The notes under the pieces: generated by a model | Database searches by the model: none | What the model was told of the DNA's origin: nothing | What the model saw: the letters and a program-made list of their open reading frames with translations, nothing else | Assembly (NCBI RefSeq): GCF_036365525.1 | Contig: NC_090375.1 | Span: 199,383,864 to 199,447,863, forward strand | Origin: Heterodontus francisci | Taxonomy: Eukaryota | Length of the DNA: 64,000 nucleotides | Reading direction: 5' to 3' | Made by a program: the position numbers and the translations under genes | Part shown: one piece after another, positions 1-12,446 of the stretch | Position numbering within the stretch: position 1 is the stretch's first letter | Layout: every line of letters begins with the position of its first letter

Positions 1-2555
1 CGATGGAAAATGAACATCCAGGGGTAGTCAATATTTAGGAAGGACAGACAAAGAGTAAAAGGTGGTGGAATTGCATTGCTGGTTAAAGAGGAAATTAATA
101 CAATAGTGAGGAAGGATATTAGCTCGGACGATGTGGAATATGTATGAGTAGAGCTGAGAAACACTAAGGGGAAAATCCGTTCGTGGGGGTTATATATAGA
201 CCCCCAAACTGTAGTGGTGATGTTGGGAATGGCACTAAACAGGAAATTAGAGATGTATGCGATAAAGGAACATCTGTAATTATGAGTGACTTTAAACTGC
301 ATATAGATTGGGCAAATCAAAATAGACACAATACTATAGAGGAGGAATTCATGGAGTGTATACGGGATGGCTTTCTGGACCAATACGTTGAGGAACCAAC
401 GAGTGAACAGGCCATCCTAGACTGGGTATTGTGTAATGAGAGAGGAATAATTGACAATCTAGTTGTGCGAGGCCCCTTGGGGATGAGCGACCATAATATG
501 ATAGAATTCTTCATCAAGATGGAGAGTGACGTAGTTGATTCTGAGACTAGGGTCCTGAATCTTAATAAAGGAAACTACAAAGGTATGAGGCATGAGTTCG
601 CTATGATGGATTGGGAAACCTTACTTAAAGGGATGATGGTGGATAGGCAATGTCAAACATTCAAAGAGTGCATGGATGAACAATTGTTTATTCCTGTCTG
701 GCACAAAAGTAAAATGGGAAAGGTAGCCAAACCATGGCTGACAAGGGAAATTAGAGATAACATTAGACCCAAGGAAGAGGCATATAATTCGCCAGAAAAA
801 ACAACAGACCTGAGGATTGGGAGCACTTTAGAATTCAGCAAAGGAGGACCAGGGGATTGATTAAGAAGGGGAAACTAGAGTACGAGAGCAAGCTTGCGGG
901 GAACATAAAAACTGGCTGTAAAAGTCTGTGTAGGTATGCGAAGAGAAAAAGATTGGTGAAGACAAATGTAGGTCCCTTCCAGTCAATAGCAGGAGAATTT
1001 ATTATGGGGAACAAAGAAATGGCTAACCAACTAAATGCATACTTTGCTTCTGTCTTCACAAAGGAGGACAGGAATATCAGACCAGAAATGTTGGGGAACA
1101 CAGGGTTTAGTGGGAGGGAGGAACTGAAGGAAATCAGTATTAGTAGAGAAATAGTGTTGGGGAAATTGATGGGATTGAAGGCTGGTAAATCCCCAGGGCC
1201 TGATAATCTACATCTCAGAGTACTTAAGGAAATGGCCCTAGAAATAGTGGATGCATTGGTGGTCATCTTCCAAGATTCTACAGACTCTGGAACAGTTCCT
1301 ACAGATTGGAGGGTAGCTAATTTATCCCAACTATTTAAAAAGGGAGGTAGAGAGAAAGTAGGGAATTATAGACCAGTCAGCCCGATGTCGGTAGTGGGGA
1401 AAATTCTAGAGTCCATTATAAAAGATTTTACAGCAGAGCACTTGGAGAACAGCGCTAGAATTGAACAGAGTCAGCATGGATTTACGAAAGGGAGATCATG
1501 CTTGACAAATCTACTAGAATTCTTCGAGGATGTAACTAGTAGAGTTGATGAGGGGGAGCCAGTAGATGTGGTTTATTTGGACTTTCAGAAGGCTTTCGAC
1601 AAAGTCCCACATAAGTAATCAGTGTGTAAAATTAAAGCACATGGGATTGGAGGTAGTGTCTTGCGATGGATAGAAAATTGGTTGGCAGACAGGAAACAAA
1701 GAGTAGGAATAAACGGGTCTTTTTCCAAATGACAGGCAGTGACTAGTGGGGTATCGCAGGGATTGGTGCTAGGACCCCAGCTATTCACAATATATATCTG
1801 AATGGCTATAAACTGAGAGAGGGGAATATGCAACGATACCTGGGTGTTCTCGTACACCAGTTGCTGAAAGTAAGCATACAGGTGCAGCAGGCAGTAAAAA
1901 AGGCAAATGGTATGTTGGCCTTCATAGCGAGAAGATTCGAGTACAGGAGCAGAGATGTCTTGCTGGAATTATACAGGGCCTTGGTGAGGCCACACCTGGA
2001 ATATTGTGTGCAGTTCTGGTCTCCTTATTTGAGGAGGGGTGTTCTTGCTATAGAGGGAGTGCAGCGAAGGTTTACCAGACTGATTCCTGGGATGGCAGGA
2101 CTGACGTATGAGGAGAGATTGAGTCGGTTAGGGTTATGTTCACTGGAGTTCAGAATAGTGAGGGGGACTCTCATAGAAACCTATAAAATTCTAACAGGAC
2201 TTGACAGGGTAGATGCAGGAAAGATATTCCCGATGGTGGGGGAGTCCAGAACCAGGGGTCATAGTCTAAGGATACGGGGTAAACCTTTCAGGACTGAGAT
2301 GAGGAGAAATTTCTTCACCCAGAGAGTGGTGAGCCTGTGGAATTCGCTACCACAGAAAGCAGTTGAGGCCAAAACATTGTATGTTTTCAAGAAGGAGGCA
2401 GATACAGCTCTTGGGGTGAAAGGGATCAAAGGATATGGGGGGAAAGCAGTAACAGGTTACTGAGTTGGATGATCAGCCATGATCATAATGAATGGCGGAC
2501 CAGGCGAAGGGCCAAATGGCCTACCCCTGCTCCTATTTTCTATGTTTCTATGTTT
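1..2555 (+). mobile_element. CR1 LINE, degenerate ORF2 (APE endonuclease + RT), runs off the window's 5' edge
   Basis: ORFs 183-860 (GVIYRPP, SDHN), 857-1618 (KSPGPD, NYRPVS, YLDFQKAFDKVPH) and 1828-2463 (RPHLEYCVQFWSP); (TTTCTATG)n tail at ~2536-2555; internal deletion near 1797. Confidence 0.95.
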
Positions 2556-3194
2556 GAAATCAGTGGCTTCCGAGCTGCTAGAATGGCGCCAATGGTTATA
2601 CCAAGAAAGGGACGGCTGATCAGTGAACAATACAGGATATAAGGCTGGGCAGGTCTTCTGAAGTTTTGTTTAATTTAACTTTGGACAGCAGAGTGAAACT
2701 TAGTAGAACATTTCCTCAGCACGGGACAGACTTGATCGAGCAGATTACAGAGCATGTTTTATATAGTTTTTGGAAGGATTGGGCTTCGTGGACCAGGCGG
2801 CTTTATACTTCTTCCATGTGAGGCTGATTCATTTATGACTTTGAAGCGTATCTGTTCCGCTTTAACTGTGGATCTGGATAGTCTGGCTCGCTAGGGCATA
2901 TTAAAGGATAGAAAGAAGAAATAACTTACATTTATTTAGCATCTTTCAGGAACTCGAGACTTCCCAAAGTTTTCACTGTTATTCAACTGTTACAATGCAT
3001 GGGTATGCAACAGCCAATTTGCACACAGCAAGATCCCTCATACAGCAATAAGCTAAATATCAAAAATAACCTGCTTTCGTGAAGTTGGTTGAGGGTAAAT
3101 GTTGGTCCAGATACCGGAGAACTTCGTTGCTTTTTTTGTGCAGTGCCGTGGATTGATTGACATTCACCTCAGAGGGCACAGAGGCTCTCAGTTG

Positions 3195-3580
3195 AAAAGA
3201 AAGAGAGAAAGAAAGGAGAGAAAAGAAATAGCGAGAGAGAGTGAAAGACAGAAAGTGAGAGAGAAAGCTAGAGAAAGATAGAAATACAGACAGAAAAATA
3301 AATTGTGAAAGAGAGAAAAAGGAGAGAGCAAAATAGGGAGAGAATGAGAAATAGAGAGAATAAGACAGAGAAGAGAGAAAGAGAGGTTAGGAGAGAGGAA
3401 GAGGGAGAAGGAAGGCAGGAGAGAAAGAAAGAGGATAGAGGAAAGAGAAAGGGAGAAAAATAGAGAATACAAAAACGGTAAAGGGTAGAAAGAGAGAAAG
3501 GGAGAAACAGTAAGAATGGAAGAAAGAAGCAGAGATAGAGAGAGAGAGAGACAAAGAAAGATAAATAAAGAAAGAACTAC
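3195..3580. repeat. GA-rich low-complexity tract
   Basis: Purine-only AG runs; paralogous tract at ~46820-47340. Confidence 0.85.
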
Positions 3581-4359
3581 ACATTTGGTAGGAAAAATGG
3601 GCGATGCGTTTATTGCATGAATGGTTTTGAAAAGCCAAGGATGACGTTGAAAGAGACCAAGGAGTCTCAGGAAACTCGATGTTCAACATGTCCAAACAAC
3701 ACAGAGCAGCAATCAACAAAGGCAATAGAATGTTCATCTCCAATAGTCAAATCAGTGACTGCATGTTAGAGGAGGTAATGGGTAAACTATACAGGGCTCT
3801 GGGCAGACCACATTGATTACATTTTCCACCTCTGTCTCCCAGACACACAGGAGACAATGTGCTGGAGACAGTGCAGAGAGGTGTCAAAAGGTTGGTCCTA
3901 TTGTCAGGGGTTTGAGTTATGGACAAAGATTGAAGAGATTTGGACTCTTGGTTCTGGTGAGAAAGTGCCTGAGAGATGTTCTTATAGGTGTGTAAGATTG
4001 CTACAGGAATGGAAGAGGTAGATGTGTAATGTTATTTTCATTTAAACTGTAGGAATAGGACAAGGAAACACAGGGAAACCTAGTAGAAGGAAACTCTAGG
4101 GCGAGATCAGAAAGCTGGTCACCCAGCGAGTGATCAACGCTTGGAATGGACTCCAGGGCAGCGTGGTTGAGATGAAAGCCTGTTTTAATGAAACAGTGAA
4201 TAACAAGATGAAACGTCACAGCCACCAAATGGAAACGCCACCCTTGAGACCACATGGAAATTCAGCAATGGGTGAAACTGATTGACAATTTCCAGTATCT
4301 CAGCGTCCCAGTAACAGGTATTTGTAAACCTGGATCAGTTCTGTGTTGGGTACACAAAC

Positions 4360-4804
4360 ATGAAGGGTCAAGTCATTGTGATTTTACTCATCACCTTCCT
4401 CGGTCAGTATTTTAGGTTCTAACTGATTATTTTTATTAATATTTCGCCTCCGTTATGTGAAATATTCTAATTGATTTCTATGCTTCTCTCTTGCAGGGAA
4501 ATCTGTCGCTCAAACCTTGATACAGTCCCCATTTTCGATGACCAGAGCTCCGACGAAAACTGTACGGTTTTACTGCACGGTTGAAGGGACAAATTTCTAA
4601 GATGCTGTTATCCACTGGTACCGGCAGATCCCGGGTCAGGGGCTGCAACGCATGCTATATTTTAAGAACCCATCCGAGACTAAGCGGGATATGACCGACA
4701 AAGACATTTTTGCTGAAAAAGAATCCACAACTAAATCCTGCACCCTGCTCATGAGGAATATCCAGGAGGATGACGCTGGGACCTATTACTGTGCCTCCTG
4801 ACAC
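4360..4804 (+). pseudogene. TRGV: TCR gamma-like V pseudogene (family A): leader 4360-4402, V exon 4497-4804
   Basis: Leader MKGQVIVILLITFL, donor GTCAGT at 4403, acceptor CAG at 4496. V exon reads ...VRFYCTVEGTNF*DAVIHWYRQIPGQGLQRMLY...IQEDDAGTYYCAS*H, with stops TAA 4598-4600 and TGA 4799-4801. Not in the ORF track. Confidence 0.9.
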
Positions 4805-4837
4805 CACAGTAACTGAAAGCGAAGGGAAATTCATACT
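4805..4837 (+). other. 23-RSS of V-A, nonamer interrupted (remainder AAAACC at 6931-6936)
   Basis: Heptamer CACAGTA 4805-4811, exactly 23-bp spacer 4812-4834, then ACT, the CR1 insertion, and AAAACC. Confidence 0.85.
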
Positions 4838-6930
4838 AGCAGTGAGGCAATATGGGCAGAACTCAGAAATAGGAAGGGTGCGGTAACAATGTTGGGGCTG
4901 TACTACAGGCCTCCCAACAACGAGCGTGAGATAGAGGTACAAATATGTAAAAAGATTATGGAAAGATGTAGGAGCAACAGGGTGGTGGTGATAGGAGATT
5001 TTAATTTTCCCAACATTGACTGGGATTCACTTAGTGTTACAGGTCTAGATGGAGCAGGATTTGTAAGGAGCATCCAGAAGGGTTTTCTAGAGCAGTATGT
5101 AAATAGTCCAACTCGGGAAGGAGCCATACTGGACCTGGTGTTGGGGAATGAGCCCGGCCAGGTGGTTGAAGTTTCAGTAGGGGACTACTTTGGGAATAGT
5201 GATCACAATTCCGTAAGTTTTAGAATACTCATGGACAAAGACGATAGTGGTCCTAAAGGAAGAGTGCTAAATTAGGGGAAGGCCAACTATACCAAAATTC
5301 GGCGGAGGGAGGACGTGTTGGGTATTCTAAAAGGCATTAAGGTGGACAAGTCCCCAGGTCTGGATGGGATCTATCCCAGGTTACTGAGGGAGGCGAGAGA
5401 GGAAATAGCTGGGGCCTTAACAGATATCTTTGCAGCATCCTTAAACACGGGTGAGGTCCCAGAGGACTGGAGAATTGCTAATGTTGTCCCCTTGTTTAAG
5501 AAGGGTAGCAGGGAAAATCCAGGTAATTATAGACCAGTGAGCCTGACGTCAGTGGTAGGGAAGCTGCTGGAGATGACACTGAGGGATAGGATCTATTCCC
5601 ATTTGGAAGAAAATGGGCTTATCAGTGATAGGAAACATGGTTTTGTGCAGGAAGGTCATGTCTTACCAACTTAATAGAATTATTTGAGGAAGTGACAAAG
5701 TTGATTGATGGGGGAAGGGCTGGAGATGTCATATACATGGACTTCAGTAAGGCGTTTGATAAGGTTCCCCATGGTAGGCTGATGGAGAAAGTGAAGTCGC
5801 ATGGGATCCAGGGTGTACTAGCTAGATGGATAAAGAACTGGCTGGGCAACAGGAGACAGAGAGTAGCAGTAGAAGGGAGTTTCTCAAAATGGAGACGTGT
5901 GACCAGTGGTGTTCCACAGGGATCCGTGCTGGGACCACTGTTGTTTGTGATATACATAAATGATTTGGATGAAAGTATAGGTGGTCTGATTAGCAAGCTT
6001 GCAGATGACACTAAGATTGGTGGAGTAGCAGATAGTGAAGGGGACTGTCAGTGAATACAGCAGAATATAGATAGATTGGAGAGTTGGGCAGAGAAATGGC
6101 AGATGGAGTTCAATCAGGGCAAATGCGAGGTGATGCATTTTGGAAGATCCAATTCAAGAGTGAACTATACAGTAAATGGAAAAGTCCTGGGGAAAATTGA
6201 TGTACAGAGAGATTTGGGTGTTCAGGTCCATTGTTCCCTGAAGGTGGCAACGCAGGTCAATAGAGTGGTCAAGAAGGCATACGGCATGCTTTCCTTCATC
6301 GGACGGGGTATTGAGTACAAGAGTTGACAGGTCATGTTACAGTTGTATAGGACTTTGGTTCGGCCACATTTGGAATACTGCGTGCAGTTCTGGTCGCCAC
6401 ATTACCAAAAGGATGTGGATGCTTTGGAGAGGGTGCAGAGGAGGTTCACCAGGATGTTGCCTGGTATGGAGGGCGCTAGCTATGAAGAGAGGTTGAGTAG
6501 ATTAGGATTATTTTCATTAGAAAGGCGGAGGTTGAGGGGGGACCTGATTGAGGTGTACAAAATCATGAGAGGTATAGACAGGGTGGATAGCAAAAAGCTT
6601 TTTCCCAGACTGGGGGATTCAATTACTAGGGGTCACGAGCTCAAAGTGAGAGGGGAAAAGTTTAGGGGGGATATGCGTGGAAAGTTCTTTACGCAGAGGG
6701 TGGTGGGTGCCTGGAACGCGTTGCCAGCGGAGGTGGTAGATGCGAAAAGGATAGCGTCTTTTAAGATGTATCTAGACAGATACATGAATGGGCAGAAAGC
6801 AAAGTGATACAGACCCTTAGAAAATAGGCGACATGTTTAGATAGAGGATCTGGATCGGCGCAGGCTTGGAGGACCGAAGGGCCTGTTCCTGTGCTGTAAT
6901 TTTCTTTGTTCTTCTTTGTTCTTTGTTCTT
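4838..6930 (+). mobile_element. 5'-truncated young CR1 LINE with an internal deletion near 5303, inserted in the RSS nonamer
   Basis: APE/RT ORF fragments 4889-6807; (TTCTTTG)n tail; near-identical to the reverse-strand CR1 at 53034-57987. Confidence 0.95.
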
Positions 6931-7246
6931 AAAACCGAACCTGCACTAACACCATCATGCTCAGTCTGTGCAAGCTGTTCACATACAAACCACAGGTGTA
7001 GCGTTTGGAGATTTCCACGAGCTTATAATTCTACCCTGTGCTGGGTCGATAGCTCGGTATTTTCACGATGTTATTTGCTTAATATCTTTGAGCTGGGATG
7101 AATAAAATTGCTTTGTTAACTCCGTGGGATATAAGTATGACAGATCTGTCTTTATTCTATAACTGGATATAACAATTCACTTCCGGTTTAAACCAAAAGC
7201 CCCATTCCCTTTATCACATTCTCGAAAATCGCTGTCAGTTTCAAAG

Positions 7247-7452
7247 CGGGTTTGGCAGCATCTGTGTAGAGAGAAACCGAGTTAACGTTTCCGGTCTGTG
7301 ATCTTTCATAAAAATGTTGTTCTGATGAAACGTCACAGATGTAAAACGTTAACTCTGTTTCTCTCCACACTGATGCTGCCAGACCTGCTGAGTATTTCCG
7401 GAATTTTCTGTTCGCATTTCAGAGTTCCAGCATCCGCAGTATTTTGTTCTTA
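7247..7452. mobile_element. Head-to-head Penelope pLTR fragments (imperfect inverted repeat, degenerate hammerhead)
   Basis: GAGTTAACGTTTC...AAACGTTAACTC arms; CTGATGA at 7322. Confidence 0.7.
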
Positions 7453-7679
7453 TATAAGTTTCAAATTCTCCAGTGGCCGCACGGTCCTCTATGAACAAGC
7501 TACCTCAACCATCAAACCAACTCTAATTATATTTCCAGTCACTACCCTGTCATTAGAAATTAGGAATTGGAGTCGGTCAGTCAGCTCTCAGAGCCTGTTC
7601 CACTGTTCAGTGAAATCTTGGCTGATCTATGATCGAACTCCATGTACCCAACTCGACCCCATATCCTGTAACCGGAAAG

Positions 7680-9440
7680 GATAGCATGATGTTACTGGAC
7701 TCGTAATCCAGAGGCCTGGCGATTATGGCAGCTGAGGGAATTTAAAGTCAGTTAGACAGATAAGAATAAACAGCCAGTCTCAGTAATGATGACCATGAAA
7801 CTACCGGATTGTCTTCAAACACAATCTGGTTCACTAATATCCTTTTTGGAAGGAAATCTGCAGTTCTTACCCTGGTCTGGCCTATGTGTGACTCCAGACC
7901 CACAATAATGTGATTTTCTCTTAACTGTCCTCTGAAATGGCTGAGCAGTTGTATCAAACCACTATGGAAAATCAAATAAACATAAGAAAGGACGAACCAC
8001 CTGGTATTGACCGAGGCATCAGATATGACAAAGGCACACCCTGCAAAGTCTTATTCACTAACATCTAGGGACTTGTACCAAAATTGGGAGAGCTGTAATA
8101 CAGGCCAACAGCCTGACAGTCATACTTACAGAATCATACCTTTCAGCCAATATTTCAGATTCCACCATCACCATACCTGGGTATGCCCTGACCCAACTCT
8201 GGACCTCAGAGTCGGTCAAACATCGGTAAAGAAACCTCCTGCTCATTACCACCTACTGCCCTCTCTCAGCTGATGAATCAGTGTTCCTCCATGTTGAATG
8301 CCACTTGGAAATTACACTGAAGGTAGCAAGGGCACAGAATGTACTTTGGGTGGGGCACTTCAATGTTCATCACTTAGTGGCTGGTTAGCACCACTACTGA
8401 AAATAGATGGCTGAGTCCTGAAGGGCGTGCATACCAGACTGAGCCTGCGGCAGGAGTGAGCCAATATGAGGGGAAATCTCCTTGACCAGGCACTCATCTA
8501 TCTATCTGTCGCTAATGCAGCCGTCCATGACAGTATTGATAGGACCGACGATTGCACAGTCCTTGTGGAGACGAAGTTCTGTCTTCACACAGAGGACAAC
8601 CTCCATGATGTTGTGTAGCACTCCCGCCATGCTGAATTGGATAGATTCAGATCGGATCTAGCAGCTCTCAAGTATTGATTATGGAGCAGAAAATTGCTCA
8701 CTTTATCACTGCATTCAAGTCAAGGTTCAATGAAGAGTGCAGGAGAGTATGCCAGGAACAACACTAGATTTATCTAAAATGCGGTACCATGCTGATTAAC
8801 GTCAAAACAGGACTACAAACAGTGGAAGAAGATGCTATAATTAGAGTTAAGTGACCCCACAACCATAATATTAGAACAAAGCTCTGCAGTCCTGCCATAT
8901 CCGCTGGTGAACAGTGATGGACGGTTTAAGAGCTAGCGGGAGTTCCCCATAACATCCCCACTAGCATTCCCATAATGAATTGCGGCAGAGGCCGGCCAGC
9001 ACATCAGTGCAAAAGAAAAGACTGAAACATTTGTTACCATCTTCAGCCAGAAGTGCCAAGTGGATGATCCATATCGGCCTCCTCCTGCAGTCCCGAGCAT
9101 CACAGATGCCAGTCTTCAGCCAAATCAATTCACTCCTTCTGATGTCAATAAATGGCTGAGTACACTGGACACAGCAAAGGCCACAGCCCTGACAACATCC
9201 CGGCTGTAGTGCTGAAGAACTAGCCTTGCCCCTAGGCAAGCTGCTCCAGTGCAGCTACAACACTGTAATCGACCCAACAATGTGGAAAATTGCCCACGTA
9301 TGTCCCGTGCACAAAAAAGAGGATAAACACAATGCAGCCAATTACTTCTCCATTCATCTACTCTCAATCATCAGCAAAGTGATGGAAGATGTTGTTAACA
9401 GTGCTGTCATGCAGCACTTACTCAGCAATAACCTGCTCGG
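7680..9440 (+). mobile_element. Old degenerate non-LTR retrotransposon (CR1/L2-group)
   Basis: ORF 9226-9459 (WKIAHVCPVHKK..N..NY..I.LLSIISKVME) is typical of the RT N-terminal region; many stops. Confidence 0.7.
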
Positions 9441-9544
9441 AACTGATGAAAGGTCTTGACCCGAAACATTAATTCTGTTTCTCTCTCCACAGACGCGGCC
9501 TGACCTGCTGAGTATTTTCAGCACTTTAGGTTTTTGTTGCACAG

Positions 9545-9788
9545 TGATAGCTTCCCTGCTCTTCTTCAAAATAGTGTTATGGGATCTTTTATATCCACCT
9601 GTGAGGGCAGATGGGGCCTCTGTTTCACATCTCATCCAAAAGACAGTACCTCTGAGAGTGCAGCACTCCCTCAGTACTTCACGGTGGTGTCAGTCGGGAG
9701 TTTTGTGCCAAAGTCCTGGAGTGAGACTTAAAACCACAACCTTCTGATTCAGAGGCAAAAGTGCTTCCAGCTGAGCCACAGCTGACAC
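9545..9788 (-). mobile_element. tRNA-headed SINE (Deu/SacSINE-like)
   Basis: Minus-strand head GTGGCTCAGCTGG...GGTTTTAAGTCTC with A/B-box-like motifs; related copies at ~13725-14080 (+), ~35090-35350 (-) and ~48845-49087 (-). Confidence 0.65.
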
Positions 9789-10004
9789 AGTCCCTATGAC
9801 TCCAGGGACTTAAGGGCATGGCACAGACTCCAGGAGCATGAGGGATGGCACTGCAGGATCCCAAATATCCCCTGACTCTCTACACTTTAACCGACAACCT
9901 TCAATCCCCAGTTTGACCGACAATTAATCCTATGTTGCAATAAAATATCTGCCCCGTTTTTCTGGAGGATTCTGCTGATTCCTCACCCACCATCCCAGTA
10001 ACTC

Positions 10005-10240
10005 TTCCAGCCCGACAAGCCTCCCTATCTTTGCAACCTCCTCCAGCCCTGCAACTTTCCCTATCTCTGCAACCTCCTCTAGCCCATTAACCCTCCCTAT
10101 CACCATGACCTCCTCGGGCCCTACAACCCTCCCTATCTCTGCAACCTCTTCCCTCCCTACACCACTACCTATCACTGTAATTTTCTCCAGCTCCTACAAC
10201 CATCCCTGTCTCTGCAGCTTCCTCCAGGTTTGAGACCCTC
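10005..10240. repeat. Degenerate ~36-bp minisatellite next to an L2-like 3' end
   Basis: Units like CCAGCCCTGCAAC..TCCCTATCTCTGCAACCTCCT, about 6 copies; gives the repetitive spurious ORF 9930-10175. Confidence 0.75.
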
Positions 10241-11980
10241 CGAGATCTCTGTGCTCCTACATTCCTGGCCTCTTGTGCCTCCTGAATTTAATGGTTTCAC
10301 CATTGGAGGCCGTGCCTTCAGCTGCGTGGGCCTTAAGCTCTGTAATTCCCTCCATAAACCTCTCCACTTCTCTACCTGACTCTTCTCTTTTGACATTCTT
10401 CTTAGAACTTATCTCACTGGCCAATCTTTGGGCCATTTGTCCTAACATCTGGTATTGTGTAAAATTTAGTGTGTTAATGTTCCTGTGAAGTGTCTTGGGA
10501 TGTTTTGCTACGTTAAATGTGCTACTTAATTGCAATTTCTTGAAGCTGTTGTTCAATTTATGTCGTTTGGACCCGATCTAAACTCCTAATATAAATAAAT
10601 AACGACAAGCAGCAGCTTCCAAGATAAAACTCCCTGCAATGTCGTCTGCTCCCTGAAAAGTGTTCCCGGGTATCAATCCAAGAGAACACGGATCAGTGAA
10701 CCCTGGTTTCCATGGTTATTTGATGAGCTGCCTGTTTTCAGCCTGTAAGCTGCTGCCCAACGTAATTCTGATGAAAGGCCATCCACCTGAAACGTTAACT
10801 CTGTTTCTTTCTCCACAGATACTGCCTGGCCTGCTGAGTATTTCCAGCATTTTCTGTTTTTATTTCAGATTTCCAGTAAATTTGGTGCGGGGCCTTCTCA
10901 GCAGCTGGGACTATTTCCCAATTAGAGTGTGCATTAGGAAAGTGCTGTTAATTGAGGTAAATCAACAATAAAAACAATGAATTGATAGAGCGCCTTTAAT
11001 GTAGGACAATGCCTCCAGGCTCTTCGCAGGAGCATATTCTGGCACAAAATGGCCGCTGATCAAAAGAAGATATTAAAGTGTCCACACCTTTGACTTAAAA
11101 AAAATTCTTAGAGGAGGTGGAGAGTGGTGGAGAGGTGGAGGGTTCTGGGAGCTACTTTTAGAGCATTGGACCCAGATGGCTGAAGGCACGGCCCTCAATG
11201 GTGAGGCAAAGGTAGAAGGATCTGAAATATTCAGCCGTGGCTAAAATTGCTGCCTTTATGTACCGCGTGGTTTGACATTTCCAAATTTTCAGAATTGGCG
11301 GTGGTTGATAACAGCGACAATATCAGTCAGTTTTGACAGACAATTTACAGCTAGGAAATTCCTTCCAGCCCTTTTGTGTCACAATTTATTGGTGATCAGG
11401 AGAACAAAGGGAATGTCAGATTGCACTGGGATGGAGCTCCTGACCCATCAATATTTCAGCCGACAAGCCCAACCTCAGCTACCCGGGAATCTGGATGACA
11501 GAGATTATTAGCTTTCTTGAATTGTTGCTGTGTGTGGTGAAGGTACCCCCAATGTGCTGTCACGCAGCGAATTTTAGGATTTTGACGCATTGATGATGAA
11601 GAAATGGCCAAATCAGATGGAGATGCTGTTCCAATGCGTTTGCTGCCCCTGCCCTTCAAGGGGGAAGTCGCTGGTTTGGGATTTCCTGTATCACAATGTT
11701 AAAGGTGCGAGGGCAAGAACGAACCGAATTTTGCTTTTGTAATGCTGCTAAAAAGTGTTTGTAATTCAATGGAGGTTTAACTGTACATAATAAATAATGA
11801 ATACATGTAACATTAGATGTCTGACTGAACGACGTGACTTGTGTCAGATGCTACATATATACCAGTAGAGAGCAGTATGAACAGGAAGTCGAGTCACACG
11901 TGGAATGTTGTGTTAGAGTCATTGCCCTATATATTTGATATAGATGTTAATACAAGTGTCTCACACCTCAGACAGACAAC

Positions 11981-12407
11981 ATGTTGCTGTGTTGGGTTGT
12001 TTTCGTGACATTTGTTCCACGTAAATAGATTTATTCTTTAAGTACGTTTTATCTGTTTTCTTCAGACTGTAAAACTATTTGTAATTTGGTGTTTCTTTCC
12101 GCACAGATGGATGTTTTGCTCAGGATTTGAAACAGAAACAACTGTCAATCACCGTGGGTACGGGGAGAAGTGCTACAGTTACGTGTGAGCTGGGTGAATC
12201 AGTCAGTGCTTCCGTTATCCATTGGTACAAACAGGCAGCGGGACAGCAGCCCGTTCGGATTCTCTACTACGATGGGAACGTTCGTCGAGATGACGGATTC
12301 GATAAAAAGTTTTCAGCATGGAAGATTGGAGAGAAACAACACTTCCTACGTATTAGCTATGTAAAGGCAGAGAATGCCGCCACCTATTACTGTGCCTATT
12401 GGAAACA
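11981..12407 (+). CDS. TRGV: TCR gamma-like V segment (family B), open: leader 11981-12020, V exon 12107-12407
   Basis: Leader MLLCWVVFVTFVP, phase-1 GT..AG intron; HGCFAQDLKQ...TCELGESVSASVIHWYKQ...RILYY...AENAATYYCAYWK with Ig-V Cys/Trp/Cys; IHWY and YYCAxW are typical of TRGV. Confidence 0.92.
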
Positions 12408-12446
12408 CACAGAGCTAAACAACAATTCAATCCGCTTACAAAAACC
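12408..12446 (+). other. 23-RSS
   Basis: CACAGAG + 23 bp + ACAAAAACC. Confidence 0.95.

Noticed and set aside
9529-9546. GGTTTTTGT adjacent to CACAGTG
   Set aside because: Only 2 bp apart; lies at a Penelope/SINE junction, so not an RSS.
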